Below, piece after piece: positions 16,220 to 24,637 of a stretch of 24,637 nt of DNA. Under the pieces are notes generated by a model. The model did no database searches. It saw nothing but the letters and a program-made list of their open reading frames with translations, and was not told the DNA's origin. The position numbers were made by a program, and so were the translations under genes. Position 1 is the stretch's first letter, and the number at the start of each line of letters is the position of its first letter. Origin of the DNA: a virus. Its lineage: Duplodnaviria > Caudoviricetes. The stretch is taken from positions 1-24,637 of the IMG/VR virus record IMGVR_UViG_3300037313_000144. The stretch is one strand, 5' to 3'.

Positions 16220-17956
16220 ATGATTTTAAACGAAGCGTCTGGAATGAGCAAGGTTAAAAAGACAAAAAAAGCAAAAAAGAAGAAAACACCTTCTTATTCT
16301 GGCAGTCACCCATTATTAGGTGGACATCGAAATAGTGATGGTGCTAAAAAGAAAAAGAGCAAACCAAAAAAGAAAGTAACACCTTCATATAGCGGTAGTC
16401 ATCCATTACTTGGAGGAAACCGAAATAGTGATGGTGTCACAAAGAAAAAGAAAAAGAGTACATCAAAACATAAAAAGACACCTTCATATTCTGGTAGTCA
16501 TCCACTACTAGGTGGGAATAGAAATAGTGACAAAACTGGATATAAAGCACCAGTTAAAAAGAAAAAGAAAAAAATTACTGCAAAGAATAAAAGCATGATT
16601 AACACGCATGAAGACCAAACAAATAATAAAGCGGTACGTGATGCGTGGAATAAAGCACATGGTATTGGTACAAAGAAAGCACCTACAACTAAAGTAGTAG
16701 CTAAGAAACCTGTTACTTCTACTACTAAAAAACCTGTAGTTTCTACTAAGGCTCCAGTTACGAAAGCACCAGTAAAGACTACAACTCCAAAAACTAATCC
16801 AGTCACAAAGGTACCAGTTGGTAAAGGTAATCCTGTAACAAAGAAGCCAAAATCAACTACTCCAAAGAAGCCAGCTACTAAACCAGCGGCTCCTAAAGCT
16901 ACTGATTGGTCTAAGTATACGAAAGACCAATTATTGAAAGATGACAAATTACGTGCGGATTATATTAAAGCTAATCCAACCTCTGCGTATACAAAAGAAT
17001 GGCAGACTAACGACTACAAGCGTTATAATGACATGATTTTGAACGATAAAGGTATGACTGATGGACAGAGAAAATACTACAATGAATTGCTTGGTAAGTG
17101 GGGTTTTGAAGATTACAATGATGTGAATGTCCAAAATCAATATCACTTGAAACAAGACAAACAGAAAGCCATTGACGCTGAAACTGTACAGTTAAATCAA
17201 AGTTTAGGTACGATGGATGCTCAAGCCTTTCAACAAAAACAACAAATGCAACAAGAAATGGCTACACGTGGTATTACTGATTCTGGTATTGCGGCAGATG
17301 CTTACGCTAGAGCACAAGCATTAAATGGACAAAATTATTCACAAGCGTATGCTGATTCAGCTAAAACTAAAGCAGACATCACTGCACAATATACAGATGC
17401 ATTAAATCAATCGAAACAAACACAAGCGGAAGCTAAAGCGGCTCAAGAAGCGGCTACGGCTGAATCCATTACTGAACAACTGAAAGCACAAACTGAGCAA
17501 GATAAATATCTCACTAGTTCCACTGGTTATGTTTACTTGAATGGTAAAGTGCTGAAAGATAAAGCTGGTAATCCATTAACATCTATGGCATATATGAAAC
17601 TACAAGAAGAGAATCGTCATAACATTGCTGGTGAAAGTGCGGCTATGCAAAAAATCAATAATGACCTTGCAATGGCTACACAAAAACTTAATTACAATTG
17701 GGCATCACTTGACCTTAAATCTCAACAGGCACAAGCTGATATTGCTAATGCTCAAGCTAAATTGGAATTGGCGGCTCGTAATGCAGATACGGCTGAGGTT
17801 CGAGTACAAGCTGGTATCTTAAATAACGAGATTAAGAGTATCCAAAAACAAATTGATGGATACAAAAAGGCTGGTAAGAAAGTTCCTAAGAGTCTTAAAT
17901 CTAAACTTAAAAAAGTAATGGGTAAGATGGACAAACTGGCTAATATGGGAAAGTAG
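16220..17956 (+). CDS. Lys-rich repeat-containing probable internal virion (ejection) protein, 578 aa
   Basis: AAGGAGG RBS before ATG 16220; basic repeats, K/T/P/V linker, Ala/Gln helical C-half; 'MATRGITDSGIAA' resembles podovirus ejection-protein motifs; position after tail genes. Confidence 0.7.
   Translation: MILNEASGMSKVKKTKKAKKKKTPSYSGSHPLLGGHRNSDGAKKKKSKPKKKVTPSYSGSHPLLGGNRNSDGVTKKKKKSTSKHKKTPSYSGSHPLLGGNRNSDKTGYKAPVKKKKKKITAKNKSMINTHEDQTNNKAVRDAWNKAHGIGTKKAPTTKVVAKKPVTSTTKKPVVSTKAPVTKAPVKTTTPKTNPVTKVPVGKGNPVTKKPKSTTPKKPATKPAAPKATDWSKYTKDQLLKDDKLRADYIKANPTSAYTKEWQTNDYKRYNDMILNDKGMTDGQRKYYNELLGKWGFEDYNDVNVQNQYHLKQDKQKAIDAETVQLNQSLGTMDAQAFQQKQQMQQEMATRGITDSGIAADAYARAQALNGQNYSQAYADSAKTKADITAQYTDALNQSKQTQAEAKAAQEAATAESITEQLKAQTEQDKYLTSSTGYVYLNGKVLKDKAGNPLTSMAYMKLQEENRHNIAGESAAMQKINNDLAMATQKLNYNWASLDLKSQQAQADIANAQAKLELAARNADTAEVRVQAGILNNEIKSIQKQIDGYKKAGKKVPKSLKSKLKKVMGKMDKLANMGK
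16286..16531 (+). repeat. Three copies of a 54-nt coding repeat (TPSYSGSHPLLGG[H/N]RNSD)
   Basis: Copies at 16286-16339, 16379-16432 and 16478-16531, separated by poly-Lys spacers; nucleotide differences almost all synonymous. Confidence 0.92.
17947..17953 (+). other. Putative -1 ribosomal frameshift site G GGA AAG
   Basis: X XXY YYZ heptamer in the correct phase directly before the TAG; the -1 frame is open into the NlpC/P60 ORF. Confidence 0.75.
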
Positions 17957-17994
17957 ATGAAAATTCAAACGGAGGTGGTTTAGAAGCTATCAAC

Positions 17995-18771
17995 GTGGGT
18001 AAATCACTTATCGGTAAAACGAAGTACGTCTGGGGTGGTGGACGTACTTCAAATGACATCAAGAATGGTAGGTTTGATTGCTCTGGGTTCGTCAACTACG
18101 CATTTAAGAAATCTGGTATCGACTTAGGTGGAGGAAATACGGATACAATTGCTAAGCAAGGTGTACGTGTAGACCCTAGTGATATGCAAGTTGGTGACAT
18201 TGTTTTCTTTGATACGTATAAGAAAAACGGACATGTCGGTATCTACGTTGGTGATGGTAAATTCATTGGTTCCCAAAGTGCAACTGGTGTGGCTATCGCT
18301 AGTATGTCAAGCGGTTACTTTGCTAAGAAATTTAAAGGTTACGTCATTCGTGTAAATGGTGGAGGACATCAAAAGACAATTGCAGAAGGTAATGCTGAGT
18401 GGGAAAAGAGTAATAGCTACAGTAACATGTGGAAGACAAAGAAATATTCCAGTAGTTCCAGCTATAGGAACTTTACAGGTCACTTGAATGAAGCTATGAC
18501 CAAAGGAGTACCTAGGCAATGGGCTAGTGCAATGGCTGAATTAGTTGGTCGTGAATCCACATGGAATCCGAACGCTAAGAATCCTAAATCAACGGCTCAT
18601 GGTTATGCTCAGTTCCTAAATTCTACAGTTAAAGAATATCAAAGACGTTATCCGAATTTAAAATATAGTAGACCAGTAGACCAATTAATCATGATGTATC
18701 ATTACGTGAAAGACCGTTACGGTACACCAGAGAAAGCGTTGCGGTACTGGGATAAACATAATTACTATTAG
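17995..18771 (+). CDS. NlpC/P60 peptidase plus SLT-like lytic transglycosylase (virion-associated peptidoglycan hydrolase); probably expressed as a frameshift extension from 17953
   Basis: YVWGG, FDCSGF and GHVGIY (NlpC/P60 Cys/His); RESTWNPNA.N..STA.G.AQF (SLT Glu); frame open from 17944. Confidence 0.88.
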   Translation: MGKSLIGKTKYVWGGGRTSNDIKNGRFDCSGFVNYAFKKSGIDLGGGNTDTIAKQGVRVDPSDMQVGDIVFFDTYKKNGHVGIYVGDGKFIGSQSATGVAIASMSSGYFAKKFKGYVIRVNGGGHQKTIAEGNAEWEKSNSYSNMWKTKKYSSSSSYRNFTGHLNEAMTKGVPRQWASAMAELVGRESTWNPNAKNPKSTAHGYAQFLNSTVKEYQRRYPNLKYSRPVDQLIMMYHYVKDRYGTPEKALRYWDKHNYY

Positions 18772-18783
18772 GAGGTTAGTATT

Positions 18784-21700
18784 ATGGTAAAATCAGCCGA
18801 ACAAGTAATGGCTGAAATAGAAGCGGCTATTGGGGGAAAACGAAAGTATAACCTTGATATTCCAGACTACCTTTCTATCCTAGCTAATCATAAGGGCATC
18901 GACTTAGGTGCCCCTATTGATTATTCTGACTTCGATATTTCTACACATAGCACTAAGAAGAAAAAGAAAAAGAAGAATGGGCTAAAGCCTAATTTTTGGG
19001 ATATGATATCTGGTACCCTAGGTCAACCAAGTGGAATATTTACGGATTCTGCTTATCACACTATCAAAGATATAAAAGATAAAAAGAAATCCGCTGGAGA
19101 AAAACTACTGGATATCTTATTCAAGGATTCTATTGGCGGCTCCATTGGTCGTGGTATCAAGAATGGTGCTAAAGAACAGTGGAAAGATTGGACAGATGGT
19201 AAAGCATCATGGGGTGATGTTCCTCTAGTTGGTTTCTTGCATGGTGCAGACAAGGGCTGGAAGCGTGGAGATGACATCATGGAAGAATTAGGTGTCAAGA
19301 ATCGCTGGGGTAAAGTCGGTGGTGGTATTGGTTTAGATATCGCACTTGACCCATTAACCTACTTAACTGGTGGTTTATCAATGGCTACTAAACTAGGAAA
19401 AGTAGCAGAAGTAGCTAAGATGGCTGAACTAGGGGAATCCATTGGTATAGCTGGTAAGTTTAAAAAATCAGATGACTTCTTACAGGCGGCTAGTAAAGTG
19501 TTTAAAGCTAAGTATGCTAAGTATGATGGTCTGTCTGATGATTTAGTGGAAAGAGTTGTAGCTAGGAAGGTTGGTAAATTAGCAGAAGAATTAAAAACTG
19601 CTCGTAATACAACCATCAACTCGAATATTAACAAATGGGGTGTCTCAGTTCCCTTCTCCAATAAAATGACAGGTGCTATTGGTAACATAAGAGAAGGTAG
19701 TTTACTACATCGTACAGAAGCTACTGTAGGTAATGACCTTGTAAAGAATTTAATTGCTAAAGGCGGTAATGATTCTCCATCATTTAAAGCTACATTAGAA
19801 CAAGTAGTTAAAACTAGATATGGTGTAGAACAATTAGGTGAATTGACTAAAACACAATTTGATGACTTAGCTAAACACATGGAACCATTAGTTGATAAAC
19901 TACGTAATCAAAAATCATTACCAGACGTAAAGGTTACACAAGAAGTAGTAGACCAGATAATGCCACAAAAAGACTTCGCTAGATTAATGAATAACTTTAG
20001 AAAACAGAATCTAAAAGGAGCAGGAATCCAAAATTGGGATGCAGTAAAGAATCAATTGAATGAGATTCTATTACAAACTGGACATGATGAGAAACTCCGT
20101 AGTTCCGTAGGTGCTCATTTGGCTGAAATGGTATCTGATTATTGGAAACATACAAAAACTGGTATGCGTGGTATTTCTAAAGCAGACAGAGCGGCAAGAG
20201 CAGAATCAATGAAGTGGGCGAGTACATTCTTAAAAGATACTGAGAAAATTAAGAGTGTAAAAACTACGGTAAAAGAAATACATCCTAAAGGTAATCCTTT
20301 GGATATATCAACTAAGAACGCAAGAGATATCAATAAGGTAACTGATAAACTACGGAAAACAGATTACAATGAAGTGACTAGAGCGAAGACAAAGTTAGAA
20401 CATGTCTTTGATAAACATAATCCGTTCGATGCACGTACTCTAAAAACTGGTGATAAGTTTGTAGATTCAATGGCTGACCACATAGCTGATGCCAATTCTC
20501 GTAAACTAGGGGAAACTGCTATGTACACCAGAGGATTAGAGAAAGTAGCTAAGGTCATCAAGTCAAACAAAATGAGTAAGAAAGAAATGAAGGACGCTAT
20601 TTATTATCTAGAGAAAAAGGCTCCTAAGTCATACGGTAAAGATTGGGTGCCATCTCGAAACGTTAAGAAGTTAGCTGATACCATACGTCCTTTAGTTAAA
20701 GATATTGGTGATGATGATGTAGCGGCTGGTGTATTATCTAATCTATCAAAAAACTACTTCCCACACGTTGTCAATAAATCCAACAAGGCTTTGAAAGAAA
20801 TGATGGAATTCGCAGAACGTCATAAATCACTAAATGGATTAAAGAATGAAAATAAATTCGATAAGTCACGTAGAAGTTTTAAGACCATTGCTGATAGAGA
20901 TGACTACATCGAAGAATTATCCAAACTAAGGACTAAAACTACAGACCCAGATGAACTAGCGTCTATCGACAAGCAACTAGAACACGTAGAAGATATGTTC
21001 GATGTTGATGTAGTTTCAGCATTAACACGAAGGGCTAAAGAGGGTGTTCGTGCTAGAGCAGTAAAGGAAATGCAAACTAAACTCTCTAGATACGGAATGA
21101 TGAAATCCCTTGAAAAAGGCTCTGATGAAATGCCCCCAGAAGGTCTAAAAAGACTTGACAAGGATGAAGTAAAGAAGTTAGGATTAAGTAAAGATGTAGC
21201 ACATTATATGCACAAAGATGTATTAGATGGTCTGAAACGCATAGATGACGTTTTTACAAATGAAGGTATGAATAACGCATATCGACACCTAGCGGCAGTA
21301 TCAGATATCTGGAGACCACTAGTTACTTACTACAAACCAGCCCACTATATAAATAACATGATTGGTAATACATTTACGAATTTAGCGGCTGGTGTGAAAA
21401 CTAGAGATTACAATGTTGCTAGAAAGCTACTGTTCGGATACATGAAGGGTAAACTTTCTGAATCAGAAATGAAGATTATGAAAAATGCGTACAGGCACAA
21501 TGTTATTGCTGGAGGATTCCTATTTGACTCTAAAACTACTTTTGAATTTGCTGAACCTAAGACATTAGAAAAAGTAGCTAAAGCCATAGGTGATAATAAG
21601 GGTATCCGAAAAGCACGTAAAGCTGGTGAAATTGTAGATGATATCTATCGTCTAGCAAACTTCGTTAATGGCCTTGATAAGTACGGTAATGTGGAACGTG

Positions 21701-22257
21701 CCGCTAATCAAGTACGGACATATTTATTCAACTACAATGAACTAACTAACGCTGATAGAGGGATGAGGGTAGCCGTACCATTCTGGAACTGGACAAAGCG
21801 TAATATTCCATTGCAACTACGTTTGTTAATGGAGAATCCAAAGTTCATCTTGAATACAGACAGAATGAGACACCTATTCAATGATGGAGAGAAGGGTGAA
21901 GATTGGCAGAAGAATACTGGAATCAAGGTATCTAAGGATAGATACACTACAGTTCCAGCACCAGCCAATGACTTAGAAATACTGTCTGACCCACTATCAT
22001 TCTTAGGTAGTACCAACCCAGCATTGAAAATGCCATTGGAAATGAAAACGAATAAAAAATTGTACACAGGTAAACCAATCAGTTACGGCTCCAATGAACT
22101 ACAACCAGAAGACATCATTCCCTACCTCATGTCCAATTTGGGTGTAGGTAAAAACGCATACGATGTTGCAAGTGGAGACTCCTCCTTACTTGAAGCAATT
22201 GCGAATATGATTAAATCTACATCCAAAATAAATCCAAAAGGTGGGGGAGGTAATTAA
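18784..22257 (+). CDS. Large probable internal virion / ejection protein (1157 aa)
   Basis: Helical, Lys-rich; 'DIALDPLTYL.GG', 'NYFPH' and 'YLFNY..LT.....VPFWNWTKRNIP' patterns of large podovirus internal proteins; last gene before the lysis cassette. Confidence 0.7.
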   Translation: MVKSAEQVMAEIEAAIGGKRKYNLDIPDYLSILANHKGIDLGAPIDYSDFDISTHSTKKKKKKKNGLKPNFWDMISGTLGQPSGIFTDSAYHTIKDIKDKKKSAGEKLLDILFKDSIGGSIGRGIKNGAKEQWKDWTDGKASWGDVPLVGFLHGADKGWKRGDDIMEELGVKNRWGKVGGGIGLDIALDPLTYLTGGLSMATKLGKVAEVAKMAELGESIGIAGKFKKSDDFLQAASKVFKAKYAKYDGLSDDLVERVVARKVGKLAEELKTARNTTINSNINKWGVSVPFSNKMTGAIGNIREGSLLHRTEATVGNDLVKNLIAKGGNDSPSFKATLEQVVKTRYGVEQLGELTKTQFDDLAKHMEPLVDKLRNQKSLPDVKVTQEVVDQIMPQKDFARLMNNFRKQNLKGAGIQNWDAVKNQLNEILLQTGHDEKLRSSVGAHLAEMVSDYWKHTKTGMRGISKADRAARAESMKWASTFLKDTEKIKSVKTTVKEIHPKGNPLDISTKNARDINKVTDKLRKTDYNEVTRAKTKLEHVFDKHNPFDARTLKTGDKFVDSMADHIADANSRKLGETAMYTRGLEKVAKVIKSNKMSKKEMKDAIYYLEKKAPKSYGKDWVPSRNVKKLADTIRPLVKDIGDDDVAAGVLSNLSKNYFPHVVNKSNKALKEMMEFAERHKSLNGLKNENKFDKSRRSFKTIADRDDYIEELSKLRTKTTDPDELASIDKQLEHVEDMFDVDVVSALTRRAKEGVRARAVKEMQTKLSRYGMMKSLEKGSDEMPPEGLKRLDKDEVKKLGLSKDVAHYMHKDVLDGLKRIDDVFTNEGMNNAYRHLAAVSDIWRPLVTYYKPAHYINNMIGNTFTNLAAGVKTRDYNVARKLLFGYMKGKLSESEMKIMKNAYRHNVIAGGFLFDSKTTFEFAEPKTLEKVAKAIGDNKGIRKARKAGEIVDDIYRLANFVNGLDKYGNVERAANQVRTYLFNYNELTNADRGMRVAVPFWNWTKRNIPLQLRLLMENPKFILNTDRMRHLFNDGEKGEDWQKNTGIKVSKDRYTTVPAPANDLEILSDPLSFLGSTNPALKMPLEMKTNKKLYTGKPISYGSNELQPEDIIPYLMSNLGVGKNAYDVASGDSSLLEAIANMIKSTSKINPKGGGGN

Positions 22258-22258
22258 T

Positions 22259-22483
22259 ATGTCACAACAAATAAATCCGAGTGTAGAGGGAAGGTTAACT
22301 TCCCTTGAAATTCGTATGGCAGTCAATGAAAATGATGTGAAAGCAGTTCGTGATGAAATCAAAGGCATTAAGGATGACACGAAATGGTTAAGACGTACTG
22401 TAACTGGAGCATTAATAACCGCTACAATTGTAGGGGTAATCGGTGTAGTATTCGCTCTTATCAAATTTGTAGTAATTAAATAG
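22259..22483 (+). CDS. xhlA: XhlA-family lysis membrane protein
   Basis: GGGGAGG RBS before ATG 22259; coiled coil then 'DTKWLRRTVTGALI' and a C-terminal TM helix. Confidence 0.8.
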   Translation: MSQQINPSVEGRLTSLEIRMAVNENDVKAVRDEIKGIKDDTKWLRRTVTGALITATIVGVIGVVFALIKFVVIK

Positions 22484-22495
22484 GGAGATGACGTC

Positions 22496-22663
22496 ATGAA
22501 TAAAACAGTAATCGCTCCATTTGTTGCTCTAGGTGCATTAGTTATTAAATCTATATTACACATTGAATTATCGAATGAAATACAAGATGGTATCGTAGTT
22601 GGTATTTTAGCAGTTTTTAGTGCGTATGGTGTTTGGAAGAATCATAAGAAAGAGGTTAAATAA
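22496..22663 (+). CDS. Holin (55 aa), not in ORF track
   Basis: MNKTVIAPFVALGALVIKSILHIELSNEIQDGIVVGILAVFSAYGVWKNHKKEVK; two hydrophobic segments, WKN motif, basic C-terminus; GGGAG RBS; between xhlA and lysin. Confidence 0.85.
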   Translation: MNKTVIAPFVALGALVIKSILHIELSNEIQDGIVVGILAVFSAYGVWKNHKKEVK

Positions 22664-22664
22664 T

Positions 22665-23318
22665 ATGAAAATCTCAAAAGCTGGATTGGATTTAATTAAA
22701 CACTTCGAAGGATGCCTACTTTATGGATACAAGGATGTAGTTGGAGTACCTACAATTGGATACGGACATACAGGTGGTGTAGTTGTAGGTCATAGAATTA
22801 CACAAGTCGAAGCTGATACATTACTTAGACATGATTTAGATAGATTTGAAGAGAGTGTAGATAAGTTGGTAACTGTAAATATCAATCAACACCAATTTGA
22901 TGCTCTAGTTGCCTTTAGTTTTAATGTTGGGTCTGGTGCTTTAAAAACATCCACATTACTTAAAAAAGTAAATGCGAAGGATTTTACTGGTGCCGCTAAG
23001 GAATTCGCAAAGTGGAACAAAGGTACAATTGATGGGGAGAAAGTAGTATTAAACGGATTGACTAGACGTAGAAAAGCGGAAGCTGAATTGTTCTTGAAAC
23101 CTGTACCGTCTACTGCTCCTAAATATCCTAAGCATCCGATTGAAAAAGGAGATAGTGACCACGCAAGCATAAAGTTAATTCAAAAACGATTACACATTGA
23201 TGTCGATGGTGTTTTTGGAAACGGTACATGGATGGCGGTTCGTAATTTCCAAGCACATAATGGTTTGGAAGTAGATGGTGTCGTAGGCAAACTTACATGG
23301 TCAAAACTATTTAAATAA
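22665..23318 (+). CDS. Endolysin: GH24 lysozyme plus C-terminal peptidoglycan-binding domain
   Basis: FEG...KD.VGVPTIGYGHT catalytic E/D/T; 'GLTRRRKAE'; DGVFG...VRNFQ..NGLEVDGVVGKLTW (PG_binding_1); start ATG 22665 after AGAGG. Confidence 0.93.
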   Translation: MKISKAGLDLIKHFEGCLLYGYKDVVGVPTIGYGHTGGVVVGHRITQVEADTLLRHDLDRFEESVDKLVTVNINQHQFDALVAFSFNVGSGALKTSTLLKKVNAKDFTGAAKEFAKWNKGTIDGEKVVLNGLTRRRKAEAELFLKPVPSTAPKYPKHPIEKGDSDHASIKLIQKRLHIDVDGVFGNGTWMAVRNFQAHNGLEVDGVVGKLTWSKLFK

Positions 23319-23322
23319 AAAG

Positions 23323-23349
23323 AAAGCCCACTCTTTAGGAGTGGGTTTT
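23323..23349. terminator. Bidirectional terminator between lysin and convergent genes
   Basis: AAAGCCCACTC-tttag-GAGTGGGTTTT, A-rich upstream. Confidence 0.8.
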
Positions 23350-23778
23350 GTCATACCAATCTAATGCTCGTTTAGAGTAGTCCAACATTTTCACAAAGTC
23401 TTCTCTACCATTCTTGTAATTTGCTCTTTGTGCATACTTGATAATATGTCCAATCGCAAACCCCATGAATACATCTGGTGGAAAACCTTCCTGTAGGAAC
23501 TGGATGGTATCTATGTTATGCTGGTGATAATGTGCTGGTTTATTAAATACTTTCTCTAGTTCCTCCCATTCCTTTTTAAATCGTGCGGATTCTTCTGGTG
23601 TAAGATTTTTAGCTTCCAATGGTTTATTAATAGCTTGCTCTAGTTTCTTACCCATTTCACGTGATTCTTGATAACACGATATACAATACGAATTACCTTC
23701 ATGTAAAGTTCTTATTTCACCTAGTTCAAATAATCTATGACAAACACAACAATGATTGTCATTGTAAGGTTTCTGCAT
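23335..23778 (-). CDS. DUF3310-domain protein with N-terminal Cys-rich (Zn-finger-like) region
   Basis: 'KPAHY...IDTI...F..G.IIKY..RA..KNG.ED..K...Y' DUF3310 pattern; CCVC...CISC at N-terminus. Confidence 0.8.
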   Translation of the reverse strand: MQKPYNDNHCCVCHRLFELGEIRTLHEGNSYCISCYQESREMGKKLEQAINKPLEAKNLTPEESARFKKEWEELEKVFNKPAHYHQHNIDTIQFLQEGFPPDVFMGFAIGHIIKYAQRANYKNGREDFVKMLDYSKRALDWYDKTHS

Positions 23779-24388
23779 GTGCGGAAATCACTCCTCTAAA
23801 ATTCTTTGTCAATTCACAAACTTGTGTGAATGAAGTTTTCTGGTAGTGCATAAGATAAGGTAGGAATCCTGATTTATCCTCACCGATGTCACATTGATTT
23901 ATATCACCAGCTACTACACCATGACTAGAATCATGTAATCGTGTGAGGACTTTCTTTATTTCTCGTTTAGTACAATTTTGTGCTTCATCTAGGAATACAA
24001 TAGCGTTTTTAATATTACCACCACGCATATAGTTATGAGAATAAGCATGAATGTAAGCATGTGGTCTGAATTCATATTTACTGAAAATGACTTTCTCTGG
24101 GTTATCACCAATGGCAATGATGGCATCATACAAAGCGGTTAGATATTTACGCTCTTTTTCTGTTTCATCACCTTTAGTGAAACCTAACGCACCTTCTTCT
24201 ACAGTAGGAAAAATATAATGTAAGTGCTTACCCATAATTTTTGCAGTACCTACAGGAATTGTTGTTTTACCACTACCAGCCCTTGCCTGTACAAATGTCA
24301 TGAGATTGTCTACAATTGAGTCACCATACATTTCTTGTTCCTCAGTTAAGTTTAGGCCATAAAATAATGTATTTTTAGGTAGCGGCAT
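23759..24388 (-). CDS. phoH: PhoH-family ATPase
   Basis: Walker A ARAGSGKT, 'YMRG', 'FLDEAQN', 'GDINQCD', 'NFRG'. Confidence 0.92.
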   Translation of the reverse strand: MPLPKNTLFYGLNLTEEQEMYGDSIVDNLMTFVQARAGSGKTTIPVGTAKIMGKHLHYIFPTVEEGALGFTKGDETEKERKYLTALYDAIIAIGDNPEKVIFSKYEFRPHAYIHAYSHNYMRGGNIKNAIVFLDEAQNCTKREIKKVLTRLHDSSHGVVAGDINQCDIGEDKSGFLPYLMHYQKTSFTQVCELTKNFRGVISAHAETLQ

Positions 24389-24579
24389 TAGTCTTCCTCC
24401 TCAATTTCTTCTACTTCCATTTCAATCCCTTGGATATAAGACATTTCTATTAAGAAGTCAAATACATATTCTGCTAAATCAAGTACTTCATCTGCGGCTG
24501 GAGCGTAACCATCTTGAACCAATCTGGAATACAGATACTTAGCAATTTGTGCTTCATCAATGAATATCTCTTTCATCAT
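24388..24579 (-). CDS. YozD-like small acidic protein (start may be the second ATG, 24576)
   Basis: 'IDEAQIA.YLY..LV..GY.P..DE..DLA...FDFLIE' resembles Bacillus YozD; GGGGAG RBS; stop overlaps phoH start. Confidence 0.65.
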   Translation of the reverse strand: MMKEIFIDEAQIAKYLYSRLVQDGYAPAADEVLDLAEYVFDFLIEMSYIQGIEMEVEEIEEED

Positions 24580-24587
24580 GACTCCCC

Positions 24588-24635
24588 CTAATGCTTAATG
24601 GTTTGCAAATACTTACCTTTACCTCTAGTTGTAGT
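24588..24635 (-). CDS. 3' end of an upstream minus-strand gene (TTTRGKGKYLQTIKH*)
   Basis: Open frame from the window edge ending at a TAG adjacent to the next RBS; truncated. Confidence 0.35.
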   Translation of the reverse strand, partial: TTTRGKGKYLQTIKH

Positions 24636-24637
24636 AT

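Larger units (their letters stand above)
1..24637. mobile_element. Tailed phage genome segment (podovirus-like, probable Bacillus host): packaging, head, tail, ejection and lysis modules
   Basis: Order terL-portal-scaffold-capsid-adaptor-nozzle-fibre-internal proteins-holin-lysin; no tape measure or tail tube gene; strong AGGAGG RBSs; Bacillus-type XhlA, YozD and Tad2 look-alikes. Confidence 0.95.

Noticed and set aside
16286-16531. Regularly spaced repeats as a possible CRISPR array
   Set aside because: Repeats are in-frame, vary at synonymous positions, spacers encode poly-Lys, and no cas genes are present.
16498-16947. 149-aa hydrophobic antisense ORF (also 6458-6640, 6511-6795, 19359-19880)
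   Set aside because: Shadow ORFs of low-complexity or codon-biased sense genes; no RBS or family motif.
18784-22257. Tape measure protein or virion RNA polymerase
   Set aside because: No tail tube or chaperone genes and no polymerase catalytic motifs recognised; context fits a podovirus internal protein.

Overview
AT-rich bacteriophage DNA, almost certainly from a Bacillus-type (Bacillota) short-tailed, podovirus-like phage. The + strand carries the virion and lysis module: probable terminase small-subunit tail, small Zn-finger and Gln/Met-rich genes, terminase large subunit, a Tad2-like (DUF2829) anti-Thoeris sponge, P22-like portal, acidic scaffold with a Prp-cleavage motif, decoration protein, major capsid, two beta-helix spike proteins, adaptor, nozzle, tail fibre and assembly factor, internal/ejection proteins, XhlA, holin and GH24 endolysin. 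An antisense HNH-AP2 endonuclease and a YdjM-like hydrolase sit between portal and scaffold, and a convergent block (DUF3310, PhoH, YozD-like) closes the window. No tape-measure gene or integrase is visible. The most notable observations are: (1) a lambda G/T-type G-GGA-AAG slippery site that would fuse a Lys-rich repeat protein to an NlpC/P60 + transglycosylase module by -1 frameshift; (2) a tandem pseudoknot-like leader upstream of the scaffold gene; (3) Tad2 embedded in the packaging operon among small uncharacterised ORFs; (4) a Gln/Met coiled-coil protein sharing its N-terminus with the portal. All family assignments come from motif recognition by eye, not from database searches.
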